Shown here one piece after another: positions 1 through 14,232 of a stretch of 64,000 nt of DNA. Position 1 is the stretch's first letter; each line of letters opens with the position of its first letter. The DNA is taken from positions 16,802,001 to 16,866,000 of the forward strand of contig CP075492.1 of NCBI GenBank assembly GCA_021613535.1, given 5' to 3'. The notes under the pieces are model-generated. The model ran no database searches. It was not told the DNA's origin and saw only the letters and a list, made by a program, of their open reading frames with translations. Made by a program: the position numbers and the translations under genes. Source of the stretch: Adineta vaga. Its lineage: Eukaryota > Animalia > Rotifera.

Positions 1-384
1 AATTTAACAAATAAACAGTATGACTATTTTCATGAAAAATATCTTCAAAGGACACTCGATTAACAGCTTCTTAAATATGTAGTTATTCATATGTAATCAT
101 ACAGAGAAGAGTACACGACTCTTACGGACAAAATTGACTTATATCTATAACTTAGTATTTATTTTATAGAAATTACACACACACACAACAATTAGAATGG
201 ATTACCATCAAATACACAAGAGACAATACAACATCCAGAACATAACAAAATACACCAAACAGATTCAAAAAATGAGAAGATAGTATGTGCAGAAAAATAA
301 AGAATTGTACAACAAACAAACAAACTTTGTTCATAAACTCTCAGTTCGCATTTTATTTGTTTCCGATGAACACGAATGTTGTCA

Positions 385-1389
385 TCAATGTCGACATAGA
401 ATTGATCTAAATGCACCTTTAATTAAATCGTACAATGCTTTTCGAAATAAAGATCCACCAGCTAATGTATAAATATAAAATGGCATTGCACTACCTAAAT
501 AAGTTAATAAAAGAACAATATTATAAACAAACATATCAATTGTAGCTTCCAATTGAGAATTGAATGTTGCTACAAATACTGAATATAATCGTTGAACTGC
601 TTGAGGAACTGTTAATACAGCAAGAACAATCACTTGAACAAAAACCATACGAAGAAGATGACGTTCAACCTTTTTAGATCGATTTTGGGTTTCATTGCTA
701 GCTGTTACCATTGGATTTGTCGTAGTTGTAGCCATATTTAATATACGACGTTGACTTTGACGTATATTGACGATTGTCATTAAACCAAATATAAGCATGA
801 CCACGATTGGAACTATTGTTGTAAAACATGCAAATGTCATATCAGCTACAAGTTGACATGCGTGTGTTTTAGCATAACATTTAAATGGAGCATTTACTAA
901 ATTAGCATCATAACAATAAAATAATTGACTGTAAATAATCATTGATACGATGATAACAAACAATGTTTCTCGTCGAGCATTTCTTATTGTACTTAATTGT
1001 CGACGATGAATTTGTACAGATGATGTTAACCATCGATCTATTGTAGCTAAAACAATTAACCAAAATACCATTGCTCGTGATGAAAATACAATGAATGTAC
1101 GAAGTTTACAAAACCATCCAATTGTATATGTTGGATCGACAGTCCAACCTGAAAGAACACGAGTTATAAGACCGAAATCAATTGATATAAGACTACAGAT
1201 TGATGAGATCAAAAAAAAGAAAATACATGGCATTTGACCAAGTGTTCGTTGAGAAAGGGTCAAAATATTGAGAATATTTCCAATTGTACCAACAAAAAAA
1301 ATAATGACTGGAAAATAACGACTCACTTGAGCTGATGCATTGACTAACAACTCGATCATTTGTGCATCTTGCGATGAGTTCGAGGACAT
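385..1389 (-). CDS. Rhodopsin-like (class A) 7TM GPCR, intronless
   Basis: 334-aa ORF with 7 hydrophobic segments, GNxxN in TM1, WFCKLR before TM3, IDRW (DRY-like) motif and FYIYTL in TM7. Confidence 0.9.
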   Translation of the reverse strand: MSSNSSQDAQMIELLVNASAQVSRYFPVIIFFVGTIGNILNILTLSQRTLGQMPCIFFFLISSICSLISIDFGLITRVLSGWTVDPTYTIGWFCKLRTFIVFSSRAMVFWLIVLATIDRWLTSSVQIHRRQLSTIRNARRETLFVIIVSMIIYSQLFYCYDANLVNAPFKCYAKTHACQLVADMTFACFTTIVPIVVMLIFGLMTIVNIRQSQRRILNMATTTTNPMVTASNETQNRSKKVERHLLRMVFVQVIVLAVLTVPQAVQRLYSVFVATFNSQLEATIDMFVYNIVLLLTYLGSAMPFYIYTLAGGSLFRKALYDLIKGAFRSILCRH

Positions 1390-2235
1390 TTTTGATTCGT
1401 GAAAAATATTGAAAAGTTGTTAACAAGTGAAGTAAGTAGATGTCTAATTCAAGTTCGAATATAAATGAAATTTTCGAAAGTTCATAGGCAACGATATAAT
1501 TTAAGTAAAAGAAAACGTTTTTCTTAGATACAATTTGTTGTTAAAATTATAAAAACATTTATCTATTATACGTGGTCGGAAAATGATAGAGCATCCAGCA
1601 GATATTATTTATGGGTGAACCTATATATACACAAAAAAAGATACTTTCCGTTAGATCAGTTTTTTAATTCAAATTATATAGACACGAATATATAATTGTA
1701 TAGGAAAAAAAAGAAAGAGTTTCCATTAGATCAACTTCATAATTTTAATTATATAGACATTGATAATAGATAATGACAGCTTTCATATTTTTGCGATACT
1801 TCTGTCGTTTTCCACTATTGAGTTATAATCTTTCTTTCAAAAGAATCATCGTTCAATCCTCTATTAACAATTTTAAAACGCTATTCTATAAAGTGTCATA
1901 CTGAAAAAATCCCGATGGATATAATGTGATACACAAATGAAATGCATTTTCTAACAGATTTTATTCGCTTTTCCCTTTCTTAAGATCCAAACATATCAGC
2001 TATCTACGAACTAAATATGCAATTTAGTAGCTCTTAAAAATCGGCATCTTTTTTCGGACTTAACGCACTTTTCAAGCAGAAACTAAGTACCACATAATAA
2101 GACTCATACTGCGATATCATACTTTCATTTATCACTCTATCTAACAAGAAATTATTACTTACTCTATAAGACTCAAGGAACAAAATTGATGTATACGAGT
2201 TTTTTTAATTTTAAATGTGCGCGAAGAGAGAATTT

Positions 2236-2290
2236 TTGGGTGTGGCTGTGGGTGTTGAAAAATAATGACCTACTTTTCCCATACTCTCAA
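2236..2290. repeat. Telomere-like inverted junction element (degenerate)
   Basis: ttgggtgtggctgtgggtg ... cccatactctcaa. Confidence 0.45.
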
Positions 2291-3830
2291 TATAGCCACA
2301 CATACTAATGAACGTCGTTCAAGGAAAAGGAGTCGCATATGAACATTTTTCTCTTCTCTGTTTGAGAATGTCAAAAAATCGGGAAAACAAAAATTTAGAA
2401 ACGCGATAAAATAGCTCGATACAATTATTTCTCTATCTGTGTCTTTTGAAAGAGGTCGAAGGCACAATTATCGAGATGATCCATGTTCGCGCTCTCTTCA
2501 TTTTAAACAATCGTTTCAACAAGCACATAAACAAAATTCATCCCGATACGTGAGAGTTCATTTTTCGACGACAAACTCTCAAGCTCAAGACTGATGTGCG
2601 AAGGAAGACGATGATGAAAACATTGGTGATCCAGATACAACGGTGACATAGATCACGTCGAACTTGTTAAAAGACTCTTATTACTGATGCCTTCAAAGAA
2701 ATAAACTTATAAGATTGTCTCTCACATCCTCATCCTGTCTCCTCATTATGCCTTATATAATGAATAGTTTTTTTTCCTTCTCCGGATTTATTATTTCTGC
2801 ATTGTTTCCGAATTTCTTGACAACACTTTCTGTTTTGGGGTCATTCTAACTCTGGGGTGATCGTCTATATTTTTCGTTTTCATCTTTGTTTGAAATAGAT
2901 CATTGAATACTTATGTAACACTACAATGTGTGTTGTTTTCTCTTTCATATACATCGACTTTTTATATTATATTATTAATTAACAAAAACAAAACTCATCT
3001 GGTTTTTTCCCTTGCTCTATAGACACTTACATATGAATGTAGGAAGAAAGAAAAAAGCGTGCATTGTAAAAATTGTATGATCAAAATTATATAGACACTC
3101 CATTCAGTCACATAGCATCACCACACAATAGAATACCCACTACGATCTCGATCTTCTGGTATCCACATTCATTATGCTGCCTTCTAGTAATGATGGCATG
3201 CCACTATCACAGTTAGTCCGATGCCCTTCGGTTACGATTCGACAAACCTGTATGTTGAAACCGGGTTCTGTCTATTTGAATTCAATTTGCGTTAGTTTTT
3301 GAGACATCCAGTTGCTTTAAACTATTTTCATCTACCTAAAGGCATTTCTCAGTAATATTAATTCGATGTGAAGTGGCCCGAAAAGTTTTCTGTTACGCAC
3401 ATCTCGGAAATAATTATTGACAATCAGTCTCAACCAACAACTTCCATGCTGTAGAAAGATCTGACTTTTTAATTAGAAGTAGATAATGAAACGAAAAGAT
3501 TTTGTTTCGTTTCTTATTAAAAAAGTATTTTAATAGAAATTTTTGTAACACATACAAATGTATCAGTATGTATTGAGACGTTGTCAAGATTTTTCTCCAT
3601 GATTATGGATGTTTATTCCTCAAATAGCACGTGTGAAACAACAAGAGTAAGCAAATGTTCGACAGTGCCACTGCGTGAAGTACAGGAAAGTAAAATAAAT
3701 CGTTAAAACTTGTTCTCCGCACATGAAAATGAGTTGTGAAAATAGGAATGTGAGTAGACGCAGACGCAATTTATCGTCAACGATTTTAATTTGGTTAACA
3801 AGTCATTTCAATGAAGTGAACTTAAATCAA

Positions 3831-3899
3831 CTTCAGGGTGGGTGTGGGTTTGGGTATGAATAAGATGTAAATCTTCACCCACACCCACGCCCTCAAGAT
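3831..3899. repeat. Telomere-like inverted junction element (two arms)
   Basis: cttcagggtgggtgtgggtttgggt-spacer-cacccacacccacgccctcaagat. Confidence 0.9.
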
Positions 3900-3988
3900 C
3901 TGTAGGAAAACGAGTTATAATCTAGTAATAAATGATATTTTATTTTAAAATATATGTTCACTATATAAGAAAAGCTTAATGCATATAA

Positions 3989-6900
3989 TCAGTGCACCGA
4001 TACAATGCGAACGTTGCGAAAGCGAAAGCGTTGTTTAAGATTTTGAAAGATTTTCACAAGATAAGGAACGAGAAATCGAATTACAATTGATAAACCAGCA
4101 AATATACTCAAAAATGTCGTTAACAATTCCAATGCATCAAATCGATAATGATATATATAAGTACAATAATTTGGAGAACAACTATTATAAAAACTTTCAT
4201 AAGATATATTACTTATCCATGATTCAATAAACATTTCATGTGTCAATGTCTCAATTGTATCATAAACACTGAATCGACTCAATGAATCGTTCAAGAGTTC
4301 AAGCACGTCATAATCAAAAGTATCTAAATCTAATATATCTCGAACAATGTGAATGCATTTTGGAAAATAGAAACATGATAATGATGAAAGTAAAGTTGTT
4401 TCTAATAGATGACAAGCAAATATCAAACCTTGAATAATAACTGACCGATTATCAGTAATAATTTCTGCTGGTATTGAACATGTTCGTGAAGTAGAACAAG
4501 AACAACTTATGTTTTGTTTTATTTCATTATGTATAACCGGTCTAGTGATAAATGAACTGTTTGATTCTATATCTTCTTCAATTTTGAGTATATCCCAATT
4601 TGATGCAAATGTTCCTAATAGAGAATTTCCTTGTATAGTCATACGTATAAGATCCAATGTTTGTGCAAAAATAATTGGTATTCTTTTTTGAAATTGATTT
4701 ATCGTTTGATTTATTTCGTCGATAAATTGTACTGAAGGTTGTAATTGATTAGTTAATATAGTTGATGTAAGGAAAATATCAATACTATCATCAATAGTAT
4801 CTTGTGATAATGAACAAAATAAAGTTAAAGATTCGACAAAGAATGGTGCCCATAATTGAAAATTTCTTTCATTTGAGACTTCGACCATTGCCTGGGTATT
4901 CGATCCTAAAACAACAAAGAACAGATTTTTCAAATTTTTCCATTTACAATTCTATTACCAGCAGTGAGAATTGTCAAAATCTTATCCGTTGTACAAGCTT
5001 CATGAAATTTATTCACTCGTAATTCATTAATAAATTCACCATATGGAATTGAAATCCGTGTACAAGGACAAACAATATCATCTTTTTGAAGATCTACTAA
5101 TAACTGTTGATAATCCATCATTGATGATACAGAATATGTTTTGGTTATACTACGTTCAACAATAGCTGTATAAAACAATAAAATACTAAGAGAAGTTAAA
5201 TAAAGAATTGAATAAATTCGAGTATAGATTTGTTGTTGATGAATCGACCTTTCATCGATTGATTCATTTCTAAATAAATTCATTGTTTTTATTGCTTGAT
5301 AAATATTAATGAAAAGATAATTGCCACGTCGACGATGACGTTCTTTCCACCAATGAATACAAGAAAAGAAAAGTTTGCCAAACAATGGCATAAGTAATCG
5401 AAAACCTTTGTTCAGACCGCCACATATAGCAATAAGAAGAAATAATGATGCTAAAAGATTCCGACGTTGTATTTTTGAGTATGTACAAGTTCTAGGTGCA
5501 CATTTATTATAAAATTGATCAAAATTAGTGTTGTTATTTATTGATATTTCTGAAAACATTTCACGAATTAATTCATTTGTTTCGATATCTTCATTAAACC
5601 GACTGGGCACTGATGCATTAAGAGCTTTAATATTTGGTGTAGATTGAGAATTAATAACGATTGAATAAGTTTCTTTAATGTATTGGAAATATGTGATATT
5701 GTACCACCAACTAATCTTTGAATTTTGAAATCCACTTAAAGGTGTGCAACCTATTTTGACTATTTTAAAAAATAAAGTTGATGGAGATTGATCAAAATAT
5801 GATGCATTTAAATACAATAAAGGTATAAGACGACAATCACCATCATAGGATACACATGAACACACACCTGCGGCAGTGAAATCAGTCTCAGAAAAACTTA
5901 AATAGATAGAATATGTAGGGAATATAATATCAAGTTGATTATCAATAGTTTCAGTAATCTGATAAACAACATTTGCTCCATTTAGAAAATGACTTCTACT
6001 GAATACAACATTGACCCAGTCAATCGTACGTGCAAAATTGTTTCGTGTTGTACTGATAAATGAATCAATTATTGTTTGAGTCTTCTGAAGAAAAACTGAT
6101 GGAGGAAGAACATGATCATTGATGAATTGAGTATTGATAAATATACGTTGTGCGTCATCGATATTCATTTGAATCATTGAACAAAAAGTTGATAAAAGTT
6201 GAAAATAAGAAGCACCTATTGTTCGAAAGTCACGAGTGCCATCAAAGCCTTCTTCTATTTCTGGAATAAATGTTAGATCTAATCGTGTCAAATAAGTTAA
6301 CCATTCAGATGAGACTAAATCACTTGAACATACTTGATGCGAAATAAATGTCACATTAAGAAATGATTTATATGGAATAGATATTTGTGAACAAGGACAT
6401 TGTAATGTTATTGAATGATCATCATACAATTGTAGATATGTAGTGAGAGATGGATCTTCAACGGTTATTAATTGATTTTGTTCAGTAAGGCAAATATAGA
6501 ATCCGACAATAATCGAAGAAATAATCATAAGAAGAATAAAGAATCTTGTGAATAATCGTTGACGATAGATATTATTAGGCGTACTTGGTGTTGAACTTTC
6601 AAAAATATTCAAAGAAAACACTTGTTCGTTGATATATTGTGGTAGAGATTGAATACGGGTCCATACAATGCGAACTAAAAATATATTCAGAACTCGATTG
6701 ATATGTCATTGAGAAAATGAAGTGCAACTTACTTCGGGATTGACGAAGTGTTTCAATTTGTGATACGATCGTATTCGGTAAGACACGATTTTTTCTACGT
6801 AATATAATTATTGCAATTAAAGGTGCAAAAAAGTTGATTCCAAATGACAAACCACCAAATATACCAATTATTGTTGTAACAACAAAAACAACATGAAAAC

Positions 6901-7990
6901 GACGTGTATATGAATATGAACAATATTTAGGATTACATTGAGAATAATATAAATCAAAGTGAGTGTTAATAATCATTTCTTCAACCATTAATTCATATAA
7001 AAGTATTTGAATTGTTGAATTCAATGAAAAATGTTTGAGCGAAGTATTTGATAGTGGTTGAATATTTATCGGTAATGATGAATGTAAAAGAGAAAAACAT
7101 GTTTGATTATAATAACATTCAAGTGTTGAAGAAAGTGTTGCATCAATCATAAGACAATCGATGATCATTCCAGGTATTGAAATTGAATGACCATCATTAT
7201 TAATAAATGAAGCAGAACGTGGACAACCTTCGATATTTAAACAAGAACAATTATCAAATACTCGAGGAGCTATTTGAACAGAACCAGATGGATGAGAAAA
7301 AAAATAAAAATTTGTTTGTAAACCAGAAACAATTTGATTTCCACTTATCATTCGACGAATAGCAAGTAAATTACGAGTCATTGTTGTTTGAGATAATTCT
7401 ATTTGATTCTTAAGAATTGTTTGAACTTGAATTCGAAGAGTTTCTTCATTAAATGTTGATGGACTAGCAAAAAGTAATACATTAAAATTTGCTAGAGCAT
7501 CATTCCAACTTTTTCGACTTGCATTACATAAACCTGCAATAATTTGCCAAAAGAAACTTAAAGTAACACGAAAATCATCTGTTGATTTAATTGAAATATT
7601 TTCATTTGTAAATATCATATCAAACCAACTTTGTTTAATAAATTGACTTGAACAAACTTCATGAAATTGAACCTGAGTTGTTACAAATGTCTGATAATTC
7701 ATTGCATATTTTGAACATGGACAATTCAAAGTATTTGAATATGCATATGTTAATTGTAAAAATCTTGTATGAGAAGGTTTGATTTCAGTTTGCTCGATCG
7801 TTCGAACTATAAATGCAGTAATAATTGTTATTGAAATTAAAGATATAATTAATGAACATACGTGAATACGGGTGGCAATTTTTTCTTTTAGAAGTGTTTC
7901 ATCAGTACTTGAAGATTTTTTAAAAAGATTTAATTGAAGAAATGATTGCCAAACACGATTGATTAAATTGAATGCCATTTGAACTATCAA
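3989..7990 (-). CDS. Large multi-exon membrane protein of unknown function with three repeated TM plus Cys-rich (CPC...CSS...C-x-P-x-x-C) modules
   Basis: Three adjacent ORFs (6599-7990, 4930-6621, 3989-4933) with mutually similar modules (LNLF...ATR/TR, LxCPC, FHxVCSS, YxxCxPxxCxY, IxGGL); candidate short introns near 6675-6733 and 4906-4960. Confidence 0.75.
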
Positions 7991-8499
7991 GGGCTCATCT
8001 TCACGACTTTCTGTAATTCACATATATATTTGTATTAGAAAGAAGGTTTTTCATCACCAATAACATCGTATAAAAACGATAAGAGAGAAGAAAACAGTAA
8101 AATACTGCTTTTCAATGGGAAAATTTAATCTTTATAGCAAATGTCCCAAGATAAATTATACCAACTGTTCAGACATTTTTCTTTCTGGAAGAAACATAAT
8201 GCAATCTTGAAAAGTGTTGACTCGTGTAGAACATTAAAAAAATAATAGTTACCATCTGCCATCTGTTATAGGAATCACTAATGTATGATCCATTCTCTTC
8301 TTTTTTGTTATCTCACCACTTTTCTCGTTCTCTTTTTATGTTATATATGTACACGTTCTTCGATTCTTTTGATTCAGTTGAATAAAGAGATCGTGCGTGA
8401 CTACACATACAGAAACATCTTTTCTCCCTCTCTCGAACGCTCTCTAATACCATCTAAATATTATGAGCTGTATCAATGCATATTGACATAACTGTTGTG

Positions 8500-9480
8500 A
8501 ATATGACTGGAGTTACATATTTTGATAGTTTTTCCGCTGAAATAATTCTTACATATATTTAATTATTTATCATCTAATGATTTAATTTATTCATTTCTTT
8601 CTCTTAACAAACGATACAACGATATTTTATTTCATTCTGATCATTTAATAAATAATATCCAAATACCAACAAGAAATTTAGATTTTTCAATTAATCGGAT
8701 CTAAAATTCAATATTTAACTTTAACAACAATAATGATTTAAAAATTCCTTGGCAGTTCTTTTTAAATTTAAAATCTTGATCAATTCCATTAAATTCCGAT
8801 CATTTTCATCTTATATTACAAAAATTTAAATCTTTTCAATATTTATCAACAGTATCACCTTTTCTAACAGTTGACGATATTTCCGGTATGAATATTAGTC
8901 CTCATTTAGAAAAACTATCATTAAAATTATGAGAATTTGAAACTATCTATTATATTATTCCATATTGTCCTAATTTAAAAGATTTAGAATTAATTATAAC
9001 TAAAATTTATCCAATTAAAAACAATGAAGAATTATCAAATCTATCTTCTATGGTTTTACTCATTTTAATCAAATTAATTCTGATTTAATAAAATTAATTG
9101 AAACAAAAATACCAAATTTAACTACAATTATCTTCAATATAACAGAATGGACTGATCGAAAAGATGAAGATTATAAAAATGTAAGTTTATCTAGTGTTCA
9201 TACTATTCATTTTAATGACGCATCTTTGAATCGTATTCAACCATTGATTATTTATTGTTTACCAAATTTAACACATTTATTTATTGAAAGTCTTCATATG
9301 GTTATGTTAGATCATCGAATAATCGAACCAAATGATTTTTATTTATTGAATGAAATCAACAAAAATTATCAAATCAAATATTTTGTCCTAAACTTACTTG
9401 AATCCATATTCATTCTGTTGCTACGATGATTAATTCTTTATCTATAGCTCTTTACATATTACTGGATGTTAACAATAACA
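8500..9480 (+). pseudogene. Degraded F-box/LRR-like gene
   Basis: FDSFSAEII-like start and LRR-like fragments (PHLEKLSL, YCPNLKDL, CLPNLTHL) broken by stops and frameshifts. Confidence 0.5.
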
Positions 9481-9569
9481 AATATTCTTATCTATCAAAA
9501 CATGAAACATATATGCATTTTCATATTATTTTATAAAAATGTTGAGTAAACGTTTCGTTTTCAAATTCA

Positions 9570-10317
9570 CAGTTATTTTCATATTATTTGGCACAATTGT
9601 TGCTGATTATATTCACAAACAATAAACCAACGTTTTTCATGTAGCCAAAATGGTTCTTGAAATGGAACAAGAAGTGAAGGAAGACTAATTACATCATTTG
9701 ATGAAATTTTGTAGAAGACTATAAATTCAAATATATCGAGAAAACTGAGTTCAGTTCAAATAAATTTTTCCCAAGGATAAATATCAGCAACAGATTTGGA
9801 GATCGCTTCGTGATAACCTATAACTTGAGACGACGAAGTTTAGGTGTTTCTAAAGTTAATGATCTACGATATTCTATCGGTATACTGAACAATTAGTAAT
9901 AATTAGACATATTAATGGCAAAATGAATAAGGAATTAGACGATGATGTACGCGTAACTTTAGTGTCCATAATACATTTATTCAGTTCAAGTGTTTTTAGA
10001 GAAGGTAATTGATGGCAGCTCAGAAAATATTGTGCAACTTGATGAATAGGTAGAATCGATTGTGAGTGAGACCAATTGTATGTAATTTATATTTGTGAAG
10101 AATATTTTCAGATGTTCTTCTCTTATGTATCATGAACTCTCAAATATCGAAGTTGTGTAAAACGAATATTAGATATATGAGCCAATAAGTTGTTAATTGC
10201 CCAAAAGCGCATGTCTCTGAACGATATATTCAAAGAAACGATAGAACGGTTTGCAATAACATGAAATATATGATGACGCATTTCGATGGGTAGATTGATT
10301 AGATATGTGTTTTCCAT
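9570..10317 (-). pseudogene. Degraded F-box/LRR-like gene
   Basis: MENTYLINLPIEMRHHIF F-box-like start, then RFTQLRYL and LPSLKTL LRR-like pieces with stops. Confidence 0.5.
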
Positions 10318-10635
10318 GTAAATGTATTAATCGACACGTTGAATATTCTTTGTGATAATCTAAAAAAATGATTGAAATCAATTAGAAAATTCAATATTAT
10401 TCTTCTCTAAATAAGTAATATCTGATACAATCTTTGGCCGGAATATAGATAAGATAAATACCGAAATTTTTTTTTAATATCATAATAAAACTTACAATGC
10501 CGAATAAAATCTTCTAATAAACGTATGAGTTATCTTTTGCATACAGATAACAATGTGTTTTTTTCTTCTTTTCAATTATTTACGTGCATTACAAGTAATC
10601 AAATCTTTTTATTCCTTATTGAATATTTATCAAAT

Positions 10636-10686
10636 ATCTTGAGAGCGTGGGTATGAATTGAAAAGAATACCCACACTCTCACCCTG
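10636..10686. repeat. Telomere-like inverted junction element (two arms, both GAGAG variant)
   Basis: atcttgagagcgtgggtat-spacer-atacccacactctcaccctg. Confidence 0.8.
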
Positions 10687-11160
10687 ATTTGATTTCTAAT
10701 TATGAATTTTTCAGCAAATGATCATATCAATAAATTATGCTTTTTCCAAATATGTTCCAGAAGAATGAATATATAAGAAAATAACGTATATAAAATCATT
10801 CTAGAACGAAATTAATAGAAAAAAATAGAAATAATTTATTGGCAAACTTTCATATTATATATTTGATTGCTTGAATAAAGAATGTAGTCTGGAAAAAATA
10901 TTTAGCAATGTTTCACTTATTTGCTAGAGAAAAAAAAACAAAATTAATACTTATTTTCATATATATCTCATATGATATGTAAATATAAAATAGTACTACA
11001 TACAGAATAATAACTTCTTGTTTGTTCCATCAATTTTCCTATTTTCGTTCCCTCTCTCTCTGTTTCTGTCCATATATATACGACATATCATCATAATTAT
11101 TTAACGAATCAATCATTATCGTACTCGTCCGCTACTAGACATCTCAATAGTACTATCAAA

Positions 11161-11409
11161 ATGTTTTCGAGTGGATTTTCATCTTCTGGATTTTCGTCTT
11201 CTGGGTTTTCATCTTCGAGATATGGCTATTCTCCCTTTGGTAGTTCTGTTAAATTTAGTGCAATAATACCTTTTGGACAGTTTCCTGGATGTTGTTACCC
11301 ATTCTGTTGTAATCCAATGCCATTAATTTGTTGTCAACCAAAACGTACTAGTTCTTATGTTACAGACACATATGACGATGATTTTCCCTTTTACGATTAT
11401 ACAACCTAA
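11161..11409 (+). CDS. Small low-complexity protein (SSGF repeats, Cys-rich middle, acidic/aromatic tail)
   Basis: 82-aa ORF with AAA-ATG start context, synonymously diverged SSGF repeats and downstream AATAAA signals. Confidence 0.6.
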   Translation: MFSSGFSSSGFSSSGFSSSRYGYSPFGSSVKFSAIIPFGQFPGCCYPFCCNPMPLICCQPKRTSSYVTDTYDDDFPFYDYTT

Positions 11410-11630
11410 TATGTATATATTTATTTTAAATTTTAGTAAAATAAGTTTTCAATAAACAAATAAATTTACAATAATTTTAGTCAATATGCTAAATAACAAT
11501 GAGCAATCTTCAAATAATACTGTTATCCATTAGGGGTAGTACATTTACTTCACTCTAGAGTTACATAACTACAAGAAAGTAATCACTTCAGTTACTAGGG
11601 ACTAGTAAATGACTGATGGTAACTCTAGGA

Positions 11631-11764
11631 TGGGTGTGAGTGAGGTTTTCTTGTGCTCACACTCACACTCAATAACTCTATTATTTCGTGGGCAAAGGGA
11701 GCATCCATTAAATACTATAGACTCTAAATTATTTCTATTCTAAACACACCCACACCCTCAAGAT
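11631..11764. repeat. Telomere-like junction element (degenerate pair 11631-11672 plus a perfect C-rich arm 11744-11764)
   Basis: tgggtgtgagtgag...ctcacactcacactcaa; acacacccacaccctcaagat. Confidence 0.8.
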
Positions 11765-12000
11765 GCTCAAGCAAAGAACGTTACACAAGAAGCATGCATT
11801 TTTCGGACTAAAACTCCTACTCTTACGTCATCCACTATTTTCAAAGAGACTACGATAAAAATTTCAAGTAATTGCAGAAGACACTGCAAAATGACATCAT
11901 TTTTATCTTTATTGCTTAAATATGAAAAAAAGAATACCTTTTAAGTTATTTTGTCCAAGATTGGCACACTAAATACGTTAAGTTAGTGTGGAAACATAAT

Positions 12001-12972
12001 ATGGAGTATTTAATTTATGTAATTTGGTATATCGTGTCTATACCTGCGTGCGTAATTAATATAGTTCTTGGTGTATTGGCGATTTACTTTTTTAATGTTC
12101 GTCGTCGATGGCGAACAGTTGACAATCTGTTTAGATGTAATACAGCCGTAGTATTGATTATCTACTCTTTTATTCAATTAGTTTCTATTCGAATAACTAC
12201 ATCATACAATCCGCTAACACATGATATCAATCGTATGCTTTCTGGGTATATTCACGGTGTTACTTTGATATCTGTGCTTTGTTCATGTGTAATGGAATCG
12301 TTTTACAGTTTACATTATACTAAATTATACAAAAATGAAGAACTTCTTACTTGGCATTTTCATCAGCATTTGATTCTATCGAACTATGGCATCACTATCG
12401 TCACGTCTATTGTTTCAATTTGTCTTTTCGTCAATACCCGACTAGAAGTAGATTATTATTCTTGTTTAATAACGAGCCCAGGATTTTACACATGCATACT
12501 TTGTTTTACACTCCCAAGTATAATTCCACAACGAATATTTAAAAAAATATTTAACATATTTAAGACTTATTTCGGACCAAGATCAACTTTTTCAAGATAT
12601 TCAGGTAGGCGCCAAAGTCATTATATGACAACAACGGCAGAGACCAACATACGTCACTTAGAACAGGGAAAGTTAAAATTCGACTTGGATTCGATAATAT
12701 TCTTAACTCTTATAACAATTTTCGGACTTATTTTCTTTTTTCCGACGTATACACTAACACGTAGATTGCCGAAAGCAACATCTTTATTGATTTTGCTTAC
12801 ACTAGTACCTTTTTTCATACACAAAATGATTTTACCGTTCGCTATGGATCCTGAAATGGTTTCTTTCGCAGAATATTATTGCCCGAAACTGGTAAAATTT
12901 TATAAAAATGTTTATCAACCCGTTCATGTTATTAATGAACATCAAGAGTATCGACGACATCGATTTCAATGA
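12001..12972 (+). CDS. Divergent 7TM GPCR-like membrane protein, intronless
   Basis: ORF of about 323 aa from ATG 12001 with about 7 hydrophobic segments; canonical motifs are eroded. Confidence 0.6.
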   Translation: MEYLIYVIWYIVSIPACVINIVLGVLAIYFFNVRRRWRTVDNLFRCNTAVVLIIYSFIQLVSIRITTSYNPLTHDINRMLSGYIHGVTLISVLCSCVMESFYSLHYTKLYKNEELLTWHFHQHLILSNYGITIVTSIVSICLFVNTRLEVDYYSCLITSPGFYTCILCFTLPSIIPQRIFKKIFNIFKTYFGPRSTFSRYSGRRQSHYMTTTAETNIRHLEQGKLKFDLDSIIFLTLITIFGLIFFFPTYTLTRRLPKATSLLILLTLVPFFIHKMILPFAMDPEMVSFAEYYCPKLVKFYKNVYQPVHVINEHQEYRRHRFQ

Positions 12973-13180
12973 TATCATTTTGTGAACCTTTGATTTTTCT
13001 TATCGTTTGTTAATTATTCATAAATAAAGAATGGGTCCGCATACCAAGTAAAATCTCCTCATTCTCAGATTTAGGAAATTCGCATATAAATCGATGCAAA
13101 ATGTGATGCTGAATCTTTTTCCAGTATTTTTAAAACAATATTGGTACATTTAAGTACGATTTCAAGTGAACACAAGAAAA

Positions 13181-13207
13181 CCACATCCACACCCACACCC
13201 TCAAGAT
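13181..13207. repeat. Telomere-like junction element (C-rich arm only)
   Basis: ccacatccacacccacaccctcaagat. Confidence 0.85.
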
Positions 13208-14232
13208 GGTTGTATTTATCATTATTCGTATGGGGAAGAAATTCCAGATATTTTTAGCGTTTTCATTGACAAATTTAGACAATGTACAAAAATATTGAAA
13301 ATTAGGTGTCTTCTTCAATAGAGAGGATAAACGAGCGATTTTCCAATGCGTTCTGCTTAATATGAAGATATTCTATGGATATGAAAATGACTATTGGATT
13401 AGTAAGTTCACGTTCATATAACTATATATCCCAATAAGAATAGATTAATATAATCAACGCCCTTTTTGACATCATACTTATTCATGGAAAACAATGGGAC
13501 TTATGTGATAATACTTTAATTATACATTAAGAAAAGAAAAATAAAACTAGGAGTATTTTTATCCGAGATTTGTCTTTATTTTTGAGCTCCATATCAATCG
13601 TCACATCGATCGATTTACATCTCCATCTAATAAATGATATTAGATGAGTTTTTTGTTCGTGACGTCATCAGGATTTTGATAATGTTAGCGGCACCGTATA
13701 TTTTTAGTTTCATGAAATAATGTTTTTATTAAACTTCGGTAATGGCCAGAAGTATGTTTTAAATGATTAATTAAATTCATTTACTTCAGAAAGGATTCTT
13801 TTTTGAATTTTATTAACAAAAATAAAAGTAATCTGATGTATTAATACCAATCGATGAAAACGGTATTGGTTATATACATATTTTCATTAAATATATATCA
13901 TAATTACTGACTTTCAACATAAATCTTAATGTCTAAATTTGAATATAAATAAACTATATTAATCGTACATTATTTTTTTATACTGGATGCACTCTTTGCA
14001 CATATTTAATAATGATAATGAAAAGAAAGAAAGAATATAAAATAATCCATGACGCACGTATGTGTTCTTGATAATATAATATTGAAAAGAAAAGTTGTTG
14101 TTTGTTTTTGCTACGAGATAATAAATGAATTTATTATCCGGAAGACAATCTCAAAAAAAAAGAAGAAAAATAAGAACTATAAAATAATTCAGTTTATTAT
14201 TCGTTCAACAAAAAAAAAGAAAGAAAAAGAAA

